This document shows positions 8,239 through 17,217 of a DNA stretch of 32,000 nt, one piece after another. The stretch is from NCBI RefSeq assembly GCF_000186885.1, contig NC_014972.1, positions 840,001 to 872,000 on the forward strand, in the 5' to 3' direction. Each line of letters begins with the position of its first letter. Within the stretch, counting starts at the first letter, position 1. This stretch comes from Desulfobulbus propionicus DSM 2032. Its GTDB lineage: Bacteria > Desulfobacterota > Desulfobulbia > Desulfobulbales > Desulfobulbaceae. A program made the translations under genes and the position numbers. The notes beneath the pieces were generated by a model. The model worked only from the letters and a program-made list of their open reading frames with translations, was not told the origin of the DNA and did no database searches.

Positions 8239-8833
8239 AACAATCCAACCTTTGTGTTCCCTCGGGCCGATGTCCCAGGAGAATAACACTGAGCAGAGCA
8301 ACGATCCCGTCAAACAGGATTACCTTGAAGGCCGTAAACTGCTCCGCGAGGGCAAGCATGCCCAGGCGGCCATCGCCTTTCACAATGCCCTGCGGGGCTT
8401 TGAGGAGCGTGGGGATCAGGCGGGCGTGGCCAACGCCGCCGACCGGCTGGGTGATGCCTGCCTGGCTCGGGACGAATACGCCATGGCGATTGCCAACTAC
8501 CAGCGCGCCTACGCCATCTGCGAAAAAGAGGATGACAGTTTTTCCCTGCTGGCCCTCAATAAGAAGATGGCCGCTGCTTACCGCAAACTGGGGGATCACG
8601 ACAAGGCGCTGGAATTGCTGTACGATATGCTCGAGCATTACCGCCTGACCAACAATCCCAAGGGCGCAGTCGAGGCGTTAATCATCATTGCCGAAACCTA
8701 CGCTGCTCAGGGCGAGACGGCCAAAGCTGCCGACGCCTACCGGTCGGTTTCCAGCATCCATGCCCGGTTCAAGCACGCCCGCTTGGCCGAGGAGTTCCAA
8801 CGACGGGCCGAAGCCCTGGAGCAGGGAAAATAA
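8228..8833 (+). CDS. TPR-like helical-repeat protein.
   Basis: MASETIQ...YLEGRKLLREGKHAQAAIAFHNALRGFEE..., MAIANYQRAYAICEKE..., AAAYRKLGDHDKALELLYDMLEHY..., IIIAETYAAQGETAKAADAYRSV. AAGGA (8215-8219) lies 8 nt before ATG 8228. The gene overlaps the upstream stop (8236-8238) by 11 nt, and its stop TAA (8831-8833) abuts the ribE ATG. Confidence 0.7.
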   Translation: MASETIQPLCSLGPMSQENNTEQSNDPVKQDYLEGRKLLREGKHAQAAIAFHNALRGFEERGDQAGVANAADRLGDACLARDEYAMAIANYQRAYAICEKEDDSFSLLALNKKMAAAYRKLGDHDKALELLYDMLEHYRLTNNPKGAVEALIIIAETYAAQGETAKAADAYRSVSSIHARFKHARLAEEFQRRAEALEQGK

Positions 8834-9487
8834 ATGTTCACCGGGATCATCCAGGGGCTGGGCACGCTGTTTGAGAAGCGTCCATCCGGCGGCGGCATGA
8901 TCTTTGGGCTGGAGGCGGATTTTGCCCTGACAGATCCCGAGGAGGGCGAATCGATCGCCGTCAATGGCGCTTGTCTGACCGCGCGCAATATCAAGGGTAA
9001 TCGGTTCTATGTCGATGTCTCCCCGGAAAGTTTGGCGCGGACTGGACTGGGCCGCTTGCAGACCGGCAGCCGAGTCAACCTGGAACGCGCCCTGCGCCTG
9101 AGTGACCGACTAGGGGGGCACTTGGTCAGCGGGCATGTCGATGCCCAGGCACAGGTCAAGGACCGCCGGCGTGTCGGTGAGTTCACCCTGTTTGCTTTTT
9201 CCCTGGACCCCGCCTTGGGCAAATATGTTATCGAGAAAGGGTCGATCACCATCAACGGTGTCAGTCTGACAGTGAACAGCTGCGACCGCGAGGGGTTTTC
9301 CGTATCCATCATTCCCCACACTCTGGCGGTTACCACCTTGGGTATGCTCAAGGAAGGCGATCATGTCAATATCGAGGTGGACATGATAGGCAAGTATGTG
9401 GAAAAATTGCTGATGGAAAAGAACGCTGGCGGCGCGGTGACCGGGCGAATCAACCCGGCCTTTCTCGCCGAACACGGATTTCTTTGA
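8834..9487 (+). CDS. ribE: Riboflavin synthase (alpha chain).
   Basis: MFTGIIQGLGTL...SIAVNGACLTA...GGHLVSGHVD...GSITINGVSLTV shows the duplicated lumazine-binding repeat typical of riboflavin synthase. Confidence 0.93.
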   Translation: MFTGIIQGLGTLFEKRPSGGGMIFGLEADFALTDPEEGESIAVNGACLTARNIKGNRFYVDVSPESLARTGLGRLQTGSRVNLERALRLSDRLGGHLVSGHVDAQAQVKDRRRVGEFTLFAFSLDPALGKYVIEKGSITINGVSLTVNSCDREGFSVSIIPHTLAVTTLGMLKEGDHVNIEVDMIGKYVEKLLMEKNAGGAVTGRINPAFLAEHGFL

Positions 9488-9580
9488 GAATCGGTTCACG
9501 ATTGTTTCCGGCCTTTGGGGGCCGGGAGAGAACGCATGGGACATAATCGATGGGTATTAGGTCCCGAAAAGAGGCATCAT

Positions 9581-10825
9581 ATGGCAGTCAGTTCGATTGA
9601 AGAAGTGGTAGAGGATATCAAGGCCGGGAAGATGGTGATCTTGGTGGATGATGAAGACCGGGAGAACGAGGGCGATTTGTGCATGGCCGCCGAACTGGTC
9701 ACGCCCGAGGCCATTAATTTCATGGCTACCCATGGGCGCGGCTTGATTTGTCTGGCCTTGAGCCCGGACATTGTCGATCAGTTGGGGCTGCCGATGATGG
9801 TCTCCAACAACCAGTCCCCCTATGGCACCGGTTTCACCATCAGTATCGAGGCGCGTACCGGAGTCAGTACCGGCATCTCGGCGGCCGATCGGGCGCGGAC
9901 CATTGAGGCGGCGGTCCATCCCAAGGCCACGCCGCGCGACATCATCAGCCCCGGGCATATTTTTCCCCTGCGGGCCCGTGGCGGTGGCGTGCTGGTCCGT
10001 ACCGGACAGACCGAAGGCTCGGTGGATCTGGCCCGCATCGCCGGTCTGCGGACCGCTGGGATCATCTGTGAGATCATGAAGGATGACGGCACCATGGCCC
10101 GCATGCCCGATCTCGAGATCTTTGCCGAGCAGCATGGGTTGAAAATCGCCACCATTGCCGATCTGGTCGCCTATCGGTTGCGCAAGGACGTGCTGGTTCG
10201 CCGTGCCGCCGAGGCTCGGCTGCCGACCTATCATGCCGGTGAATTTCGTCTCATCGCTTATCAGAACGATGTCGACAAACAAGAACATGTGGCGCTGGTC
10301 AAGGGCGAGATCAATCCTGATGAACCGGTAATGGTTCGGGTTCACTCCGAATGCCTGACCGGTGACGTCTTCGGTTCCGCCCGTTGCGACTGCGGCTCGC
10401 AACTGCATGCCGCCATGCGAATGGTCGAACAGGAGGGCAAGGGCGTGGTGCTGTACATGCGTCAGGAAGGCCGTGGCATCGGACTGATCAACAAGCTCAA
10501 AGCCTATAAGCTGCAGGACAACGATGGATTGGATACGGTCGAGGCCAATATTCGCCTCGGGTTCAAGCCAGACCTGCGTGACTACGGCATTGGCGCCCAG
10601 ATTCTTCGCGATCTGGGGGTGCGGAAAATGCGGCTTTTAACCAACAATCCCAAAAAGATCATTGGATTGGAAGGCTACGGGCTCGAGGTGGTGGACCGTC
10701 TGCCCATCGAGATTCCCGGTGATGAAGAAAACAAGGATTATTTGCGAACCAAACGGGACAAGATGGGGCACATCCTCGAACTGTACGGCGACATGCCGAT
10801 GGGATGCGTCACCAGGGATCCGTGA
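9581..10825 (+). CDS. ribBA: Bifunctional 3,4-dihydroxy-2-butanone-4-phosphate synthase / GTP cyclohydrolase II.
   Basis: [33 protein letters not shown] is the DHBP synthase part; [24 protein letters not shown] is the GCH II zinc motif. GAGG lies 6 nt upstream of ATG 9581. The track start 9515 is an upstream extension. Confidence 0.93.
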   Translation: MAVSSIEEVVEDIKAGKMVILVDDEDRENEGDLCMAAELVTPEAINFMATHGRGLICLALSPDIVDQLGLPMMVSNNQSPYGTGFTISIEARTGVSTGISAADRARTIEAAVHPKATPRDIISPGHIFPLRARGGGVLVRTGQTEGSVDLARIAGLRTAGIICEIMKDDGTMARMPDLEIFAEQHGLKIATIADLVAYRLRKDVLVRRAAEARLPTYHAGEFRLIAYQNDVDKQEHVALVKGEINPDEPVMVRVHSECLTGDVFGSARCDCGSQLHAAMRMVEQEGKGVVLYMRQEGRGIGLINKLKAYKLQDNDGLDTVEANIRLGFKPDLRDYGIGAQILRDLGVRKMRLLTNNPKKIIGLEGYGLEVVDRLPIEIPGDEENKDYLRTKRDKMGHILELYGDMPMGCVTRDP

Positions 10826-10845
10826 TATCTGCAACAGGAACGAAC

Positions 10846-11313
10846 ATGGCACACTATCTGGAAGGTCATTTACAGGGGGCGGGGCGCAAGATCGGTATTG
10901 TCGTTGCCCGATTCAACTCATTTATTTCGGAAAAACTGTTGGAAGGGGCGATTGACAGCTTGGTGCGTTCCGGAGTCAACACCAACGATATCGTGGTGGC
11001 CCGGGTTCCCGGCGCTTTTGAAATCCCGCTGGTGGCGCAGAAGATGGCCAAGTCGGGCAAGTACGACGCGGTGATCTGTCTTGGCGCGGTCATTCGCGGG
11101 GCCACGCCCCATTTCGATTACGTGGCCGGAGAGGTGGCCAAGGGGACGGCCCAGGTGATGCTTGATGCCGGTATCCCGGTACTGTTCGGGGTCCTGACCA
11201 CCGAGACCATCGAGCAAGCGATTGAACGGGCCGGTACCAAGGCCGGCAACAAAGGTTCGGACGTGGCCATCGCCGCTTTGGAGATGATCAACTTGCTGGA
11301 CGCGGTCAACTGA
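10846..11313 (+). CDS. ribH: 6,7-dimethyl-8-ribityllumazine synthase.
   Basis: [35 protein letters not shown]...VPGAFEIPL...[22 protein letters not shown] lies 6 nt upstream of ATG 10846. Confidence 0.93.
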   Translation: MAHYLEGHLQGAGRKIGIVVARFNSFISEKLLEGAIDSLVRSGVNTNDIVVARVPGAFEIPLVAQKMAKSGKYDAVICLGAVIRGATPHFDYVAGEVAKGTAQVMLDAGIPVLFGVLTTETIEQAIERAGTKAGNKGSDVAIAALEMINLLDAVN

Positions 11314-11361
11314 TGGTAACGAACGGCGCGGACGCACTCTTTTTTAGCCGCATGGATTTTC

Positions 11362-11784
11362 ATGGGATTACGTCGTAAATCACGGGAGTTGGCCCTGCAG
11401 TTTCTCTTTAGTCACGATTTTCAGGAGCGTTCCTGCGCTCCTGATGACGTGGCTAGGGATCTGGACATGTTCTGTCAACTGTTCGATGTCAGCCAGAAGG
11501 CGTTACCCTACGGACGGGAGCTGATTCTTGGAATCTGTCGGCACCGCGAGGAAATTGACGCCTTGCTGGCCACCCATTCCCACAACTGGCGGGTTGAACG
11601 GATGTCGCTGGTGGACCGGAACATTCTCAGGATAGCCGTGTTTGAGATGCGTCACTGTGACCAGGCTCCGGCGCAGGTGGCCATCAACGAGGCCTTGGAA
11701 ATTGCCAAGCGGTATTCCATTGGAGAGTCGGTTTCCTTCATCAACGGCATTCTCGACGCCATCCAGGCTTCCCTGGCCACCTAA
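11362..11784 (+). CDS. nusB: Transcription antitermination factor NusB.
   Basis: MGLRRKSRELALQFLF...DRNILRIAVFEM...AINEALEIAKRY...FINGILD. It sits in the canonical position downstream of ribH. Confidence 0.9.
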   Translation: MGLRRKSRELALQFLFSHDFQERSCAPDDVARDLDMFCQLFDVSQKALPYGRELILGICRHREEIDALLATHSHNWRVERMSLVDRNILRIAVFEMRHCDQAPAQVAINEALEIAKRYSIGESVSFINGILDAIQASLAT

Positions 11785-12075
11785 ATCAACCCCCGTCCGC
11801 AGCTCCCATTTTCCTTTTCCGTTCCCCCAGAACCTGCTTGACCGGCAGTGTCTCGGCGGTAATCCCGTGCGAAGTCCGCCTTGGATCCGAGCGTTGTGGC
11901 TGTTTGCGGGGGAAATCGTGAACTGTCCCGCTGCATAGATTGTTCTTCTTCATCCTGGGCGGGATCGAGCCGCTGGTGCCGGCCGCCGTACCCTTCATGG
12001 TGCTCGCCGCGCAGCCTTCGTGACAAACCAAGCGTTGATTGCTCTTGGTGTGGAGCCCACTGAACATATATTATC

Positions 12076-14241
12076 ATGACCTCTTCTGACTCGCGAACCA
12101 AGCCGAGAAGCCGGCAGGAGGTTGTTGCCCTTCTCCTGTTGTTTCTCGCACTTTTTTTTCTCCTGGCATTGGGCAGCTATATCGTCCCGCTGCTGGGAGC
12201 CGAACCGGTACTGCAACAACCGTCAGCCAACTGGTGCGGCTCGCTGGGTTTTTATGCCGCCCATTATCTGCTCTCCTTTCTTGGACTGATCGCCGTCTTG
12301 CCGCTCGGCCTGCTTGGTTATGCCATGGTCACGGTGTTGTTGTCCCGACCAACGAGCAACCGCCTGCCGGCCATCGTCGCCGGACTTTCTGGCATCATGA
12401 TCAGCTCGTCCGGACTGTTCGGCGCCTTTGAACGGTTACTGCTGCCACCTGAATTTGTGGCTCCCGGTGGATATCTCGGAACCTTGGTATGGGGACTCTT
12501 GCGTGGGGTCATTGGGGCGGCAGGTTCTGTATTGGTGCTTATCTTGCTGTTGATCTTTTCCCTGATGGCCTCGGTCCGTTTTTCTCCGTTCGCCGTTATC
12601 ACCAAGAAAACGGACGATGACCCTCCCGTGGAGCAGCTGCCATTGGGGCCGGTGATTCCCCCTGAGGGAGGCAGATGTCGTGGGAAAGCACCGGCTGTTC
12701 CCCGAAGTGCCGAACCTGAGCCACAACCGCCGACTGTGGCAAGTACTGCGCCTCCCGTGCATCAACCGGGCAAAAAGACCACTGCCGAACCGCCGGATCA
12801 GGATGGCGGGTGCAAACAGGGTGGTCAATCCTCTCCATTTGATTTACCGCCGCTTTCCCTGCTTGACAGCAATCAGGAAGGCGAGGTGGAGCTCAGCCGT
12901 GAACACTACTATGAAGTCAGTGCCACCTTGCTGGCCAAACTTCAGGACTTCGGCGTCCAGGGGACCGTGGCCGGCATCTCGCCGGGCCCGGTGGTGACCA
13001 CCTATGAATTTTCGCCGGCGCCAGGGGTCAAGATCAATAAAATCGTCAATTTGGCCGATGACCTGGCCATGGTGCTCAAGGTGGACCGGGTGCGAATTGT
13101 CGGCTCCATCCCCGGCAAGGCGGCGATTGGCATCGAGATCCCCAACCCGATCCGCCGAACCGTGTATCTGCGGGATATCCTCTTGAGTGCCGAGTATCAA
13201 GACGCCTCCTCCATGCTGAGCCTGGCCCTTGGGTTCGACGTGATCGGCCGGCCGGTGGTAGCCAATCTGGCCCGGATGCCCCATCTGCTCATCGCCGGGG
13301 CCACGGGTGCGGGCAAATCGGTGGCCATCAATGCCTTTATCGCTTCCATCCTGTTTAAGGCCACGCCCGACGATGTCCGCCTGCTGATGATCGACCCCAA
13401 ACGGATCGAGCTTTCTGTGTACGACGACATTCCTCACCTGTTGCATCCCGTTGTTGTCGAGGCCAAGATGGCCTCCCGAGCACTTTTGTGGGCTGTACGC
13501 GAAATGGAGCGCCGCTATCGGTTGTTGGAAGAACGGCGGGTAAAATCCTTTGCCTCCTATAACGCGGTTTCTGAAGAGAAGTTGCCGTATATCGTGATTA
13601 TTGTCGACGAGTTGGCTGACCTGATGATGGTTGCCTCCAAGGATGTGGAAACTTCGATTGCCCGTTTGGCCCAGATGGCCCGGGCGGCTGGTATGCATAT
13701 CATTCTTGCGACCCAACGGCCATCGGTCGATGTGCTGACCGGACTGATCAAAGCCAACTTCCCCACGCGAATTTCCTTCAAGGTCTCGTCCAAAGTGGAC
13801 TCGCGTACCATCCTCGATGGATCCGGTGCCGAGCATCTACTCGGCATGGGCGACATGCTCTTTCTGCCTCCAGGAGCCGCCAAGTTGCAACGGATCCATG
13901 GAGCGTTCATTTCCGAGCATGAGACCGAGCGGCTAGTCAGCCACCTAAAAGAGCAGGGGGCCGCCGAATATGACGAAAGCGTGCTGCAACTGGTGGAGGA
14001 AGAGCAGGAAGGCGGTGAAGGGGAGATTGAGGAATACGATGAAAAATATGACGAGGCGGTGGCTGTGGTGACTGAAACCGGCCAGGCGTCCATTTCCATG
14101 GTTCAGCGCCGGCTGCGAGTCGGATACAATCGCGCCGCCCGAATGATCGAGATCATGGAAAAAGAGGGAATAGTCGGCCCGGCGGATGGATCGCGCCCAC
14201 GCGAGGTCTTGGTCCGCTCCGGGTATGACGACACCGAATGA
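12076..14241 (+). CDS. ftsK: DNA translocase FtsK/SpoIIIE.
   Basis: N-terminal transmembrane helices are followed by a Pro-rich linker (PPVEQLPLGPVIPPEGG...EPEPQPP). Walker A is GATGAGKS and Walker B IVIIVDELADLMM. The C-terminal gamma winged-helix reads SISMVQRRLRVGYNRAARMIEIMEKEGIV. An in-frame TGA at 12061-12063 limits the start to ATG 12076. Confidence 0.92.
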   Translation: MTSSDSRTKPRSRQEVVALLLLFLALFFLLALGSYIVPLLGAEPVLQQPSANWCGSLGFYAAHYLLSFLGLIAVLPLGLLGYAMVTVLLSRPTSNRLPAIVAGLSGIMISSSGLFGAFERLLLPPEFVAPGGYLGTLVWGLLRGVIGAAGSVLVLILLLIFSLMASVRFSPFAVITKKTDDDPPVEQLPLGPVIPPEGGRCRGKAPAVPRSAEPEPQPPTVASTAPPVHQPGKKTTAEPPDQDGGCKQGGQSSPFDLPPLSLLDSNQEGEVELSREHYYEVSATLLAKLQDFGVQGTVAGISPGPVVTTYEFSPAPGVKINKIVNLADDLAMVLKVDRVRIVGSIPGKAAIGIEIPNPIRRTVYLRDILLSAEYQDASSMLSLALGFDVIGRPVVANLARMPHLLIAGATGAGKSVAINAFIASILFKATPDDVRLLMIDPKRIELSVYDDIPHLLHPVVVEAKMASRALLWAVREMERRYRLLEERRVKSFASYNAVSEEKLPYIVIIVDELADLMMVASKDVETSIARLAQMARAAGMHIILATQRPSVDVLTGLIKANFPTRISFKVSSKVDSRTILDGSGAEHLLGMGDMLFLPPGAAKLQRIHGAFISEHETERLVSHLKEQGAAEYDESVLQLVEEEQEGGEGEIEEYDEKYDEAVAVVTETGQASISMVQRRLRVGYNRAARMIEIMEKEGIVGPADGSRPREVLVRSGYDDTE

Positions 14242-14397
14242 CGGACGGTTTGCCCGGCTCGATTGGCAAGACACGGACGTGTGGGGCAGGCTAAAAACAC
14301 GGCAAGATTCTCCTTACGGTCAACAATGCCGGTATATATCCATAATTCTGATGCTTTCATTAAATTTTGCTGTTCAGCCTTGTTTTGACGATTTTTC

Positions 14398-14490
14398 TTG
14401 ACATGGATAGGGCAACAAATTAAAAGACTCACACAACCAGAATGAGTGGCTGTTCATTTTTTTGACAAAAACAAATTGTTTTAAAAAATG
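14398..14490 (+). promoter_or_regulatory. Candidate aprBA promoter region with an operator-like palindrome.
   Basis: TTGACA (14398-14403), 17 nt spacer, TAAAAG (14421-14426). A second TTGACA (14462-14467) is followed by the perfect inverted repeat AAAACAA-A-TTGTTTT (14468-14482) and an A/T-rich -10-like AAAAAT (14484-14489). It lies in a ~400-bp AT-rich intergenic region upstream of aprB. This rests on pattern match only. Confidence 0.3.
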
Positions 14491-14641
14491 TGTTAAATGA
14501 ATATGTTGCAAAAAGTGGTTGTAGTGGAAAACGGATGGCTGCATGAGATGAGTATTTGTTTTTCTTGAAGCAAGAAGCTAGAGGTTATTGGCGGCCCAGA
14601 TCGGGCGCCATAAAGGAAAATCCAAGTGAGGAGGTAGTTTA

Positions 14642-15067
14642 ATGCCAAGTTACGTAGATCCTTCGAAATGTGATGGTTGCAAGGGTGGAGATAAGACCGC
14701 CTGCATGTACATCTGCCCCAACGACCTGATGGTGCTCAACGTCGAGGCGATGAGAGCATACAATCAAGAGCCGGATGCATGCTGGGAGTGCTATTCCTGC
14801 GTCAAGATCTGCCCCCAGGGCGCGATCTTTGTTCGTGGTTATGATGACTTTGTACCGTTGGGCGGCCAAGTGCATCCGATGCGTTCTTCCGACTCCATCA
14901 TGTGGACCGTTAAGTTCCGCAATGGTAATGTAAAGCGCTTCAAGTTCCCGATTCGGACCACCGCTGAAGGTGCTTCCAATGAGTATGCCGGTCAGAAAGG
15001 CGCAAATCTTGATGACGAATGTTTGCTGCTCGAGAGCAACCTTCCGACCCCCACCAAGCTGGCCTGA
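14642..15067 (+). CDS. aprB: Adenylylsulfate (APS) reductase beta subunit.
   Basis: MPSYVDPSKCDGCKGGDKTACMYICPNDLM...CWECYSCVKICPQGAI carries two ferredoxin-type [4Fe-4S] motifs, followed by the AprB-type C-terminal tail. A strong SD GAGGAGG precedes ATG 14642. Confidence 0.95.
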   Translation: MPSYVDPSKCDGCKGGDKTACMYICPNDLMVLNVEAMRAYNQEPDACWECYSCVKICPQGAIFVRGYDDFVPLGGQVHPMRSSDSIMWTVKFRNGNVKRFKFPIRTTAEGASNEYAGQKGANLDDECLLLESNLPTPTKLA

Positions 15068-15131
15068 GTGTCAACGGGAAGTAAGGATTAACTCAATTCT
15101 ATTCTGAAAATACTACTGAGGAGATAGAAAT

Positions 15132-17147
15132 ATGGCATTACCGAATAAGCCGAAAGGCGAGCTTGCCGCCGTTGTCGATCCGGAAATCGTAGAGCATAGC
15201 TGTGACGTGCTGATCGTTGGTGGTGGTATGGCTGCTTGCGGCGCCGCTTTCGAGATCAAGAAATGGGCACCCGAAGGCATGAAGATCATTCTGTGCGACA
15301 AGGCTGCCATGGAGCGTTCCGGCGCCGTTGCTCAGGGTCTGTCCGCCATTAATACCTACATCGGCGAGAACGCTATCGAAGACTATGTCAAGATGGTTCG
15401 TAACGACCTGATGGGCGTTGTTCGTGAAGACCTGATCTATGACCTTGGCCGTCACGTGGACGAGTCTGTTAAGCTGTTTGAGGAGTGGGGTCTGCCCGTT
15501 TGGAAGAAAGCTGATGATGGGTCCAACCTTGATGGTGCCAAGCCTGCCAAAACCCTTCGTGAGGGTGGCGTTCCGGTTCGTACCGGTAAATGGCAGATCA
15601 TGATCAACGGCGAGTCCTACAAGTGCGTCGTTGCCGAGCCGGCCAAGAAGGCTTTGGGTGAAGAGAACATCATGGAGCGTATCTTCATCGTCAAGATGTT
15701 GCTCGACAAGAACAAAGAGAACACCATTGCCGGTGCTGTCGGTTTCTCCACCCGTGAGAACAAAGTGCATGTCTTTAAATGCAAGGCTGCTCTCGTAGCT
15801 TGTGGTGGTGCGGTTAACATTTTCCGTCCGCGGTCCACCGGCGAGGGTAAGGGTCGTGCATGGTACCCGGTATGGAACGCAGGTTCCACCTACACCATGT
15901 GTGCTCAGGTTGGTGCTACCCTGACCATGATGGAAAACCGTTTCACACCGGCACGCTTCAAAGACGGATATGGCCCGGTTGGTGCTTGGTTCCTTCTGTT
16001 CAAGGCCAAAGTGCAGAACGGTCTGGGTGAGTTCTATGCCAACAGCCCGGCAGTCAAAGAGGAGCTGTCCAAGTTCATGCCCTATGGTCAATCCGCCGTT
16101 ACCCCCACCTGTCTGCGCAACCACCTGATGCTCAACGAGCTGAAGGCCGGCCGTGGTCCGATCTACATGGCCACCGACGTTGCTCTCAATGCCTTCCTGG
16201 ATGCACAGCGCGCTTCTGGCAAGGATGAGAAAGAGGTGAAGAAATTCTGGAAACACCTCGAGTCCGAGGCTTGGGAAGACTTCCTGGATATGTCCGTTGG
16301 TCAGGCCGGTCTGTGGGCTGGTATGGACATCGAGCCGGAGAAGGTTGGTTCTGAGATCATGCCGACCGAACCCTACATGCTGGGTAGCCACTCCGGCTGC
16401 TGCGGTATCTGGACCTCCGGACCAATGGAAAGCTGGGTGCCCGAGGTTGATGGCCCGCGTTCGCATCAGTACAAGTGGGGCTACAACCGCATGACCACCG
16501 TTAACGGTTTGTTCACCGCTGGTGACGGCGTTGGTGCTTCTGGTCACAAGTTCTCCTCCGGTTCCCATGCCGAGGGTCGTATCGTTGCCAAGCAGATGGT
16601 TAAGTACTGCCGTGATAACGCCGATTTCACCCCGGAATTGGCTCAGACTGCCAAAGAGTTGGCCGACGAAGTATACGCACCGGTTAAACTGTACAACCAG
16701 TTCAAGGATGCAACCACTGCCGCAGACGTTAATCCGAACTATGTCAAGCCGGCTGGTATGATGATGCGTCTGATGAAGGCCACCGACGAGTATGGTGGTG
16801 GTGTAGCTACTTACTATATGACCTCTGGCAAGTTGCTCAATATCTGCCTCGACCTGCTCCGCTTGATGCGTGAGGATGCCGAGAAGATGGCTGCCGGCGA
16901 CCTGCATGAGCTGATGCGTGCCTGGGAGAACTACCACCGTATCTGGTGTGTTGAGACCCATATTCGTCACATCGAGTTCCGGAAAGAGTCCCGTTATCCT
17001 GGATTCTACTATCGTTCCGATTACCCGACCTGTGATGATGAGAACTGGAAGTGCTTCGTGAACTCCACCTTTGATCCGAAATCCAAAGAGTGGAAGTGCG
17101 AGAAGGTTCCGTGCATCAACATCATTGAGACCAGTCCTTGGATCTGA
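15132..17147 (+). CDS. aprA: Adenylylsulfate (APS) reductase alpha subunit (FAD flavoprotein).
   Basis: The N-terminal FAD dinucleotide fold is CDVLIVGGGMAACGAAFE. Length is 671 aa, it lies immediately downstream of aprB, and the SD GAGGAG is present. Confidence 0.95.
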   Translation: MALPNKPKGELAAVVDPEIVEHSCDVLIVGGGMAACGAAFEIKKWAPEGMKIILCDKAAMERSGAVAQGLSAINTYIGENAIEDYVKMVRNDLMGVVREDLIYDLGRHVDESVKLFEEWGLPVWKKADDGSNLDGAKPAKTLREGGVPVRTGKWQIMINGESYKCVVAEPAKKALGEENIMERIFIVKMLLDKNKENTIAGAVGFSTRENKVHVFKCKAALVACGGAVNIFRPRSTGEGKGRAWYPVWNAGSTYTMCAQVGATLTMMENRFTPARFKDGYGPVGAWFLLFKAKVQNGLGEFYANSPAVKEELSKFMPYGQSAVTPTCLRNHLMLNELKAGRGPIYMATDVALNAFLDAQRASGKDEKEVKKFWKHLESEAWEDFLDMSVGQAGLWAGMDIEPEKVGSEIMPTEPYMLGSHSGCCGIWTSGPMESWVPEVDGPRSHQYKWGYNRMTTVNGLFTAGDGVGASGHKFSSGSHAEGRIVAKQMVKYCRDNADFTPELAQTAKELADEVYAPVKLYNQFKDATTAADVNPNYVKPAGMMMRLMKATDEYGGGVATYYMTSGKLLNICLDLLRLMREDAEKMAAGDLHELMRAWENYHRIWCVETHIRHIEFRKESRYPGFYYRSDYPTCDDENWKCFVNSTFDPKSKEWKCEKVPCINIIETSPWI

Positions 17148-17174
17148 TCTCGATAAGACATTGATTGTCTGAAT

Positions 17175-17217
17175 AAAAAAATCTCCAGACTCCCCCTGTG
17201 GAGTCTGGAGATTTTTT
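17175..17217. terminator. Strong rho-independent terminator after aprA (bidirectional architecture).
   Basis: A 13-bp perfect stem, atctccagactcc (17181-17193) / ggagtctggagat (17200-17212), closes a 6-nt loop. It is flanked by A6 (17175-17180) and T6 (17212-17217). Confidence 0.85.

Noticed and set aside
6317-9580. Search for an FMN (RFN) riboswitch upstream of the rib genes (gaps 6317-6460, 9488-9580, 10826-10845).
   Set aside because: By eye I could not find the conserved RFN core strings I remember (e.g. GGATTCAGTTTAAGCTGAAGCCGACAGTGAAAGTCTGGATGGGAGA-like). The gaps are short or lack the multi-stem pattern. A covariance-model scan is still needed to be sure.
11785-12075. Possible 6S, SRP, tmRNA, RNase P or other ncRNA, or a decayed gene, in the nusB-ftsK spacer.
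   Set aside because: No diagnostic conserved strings, no long-range end complementarity visible by eye, and all six frames translate to non-protein-like sequence. It is kept only as an unexplained spacer in the findings.
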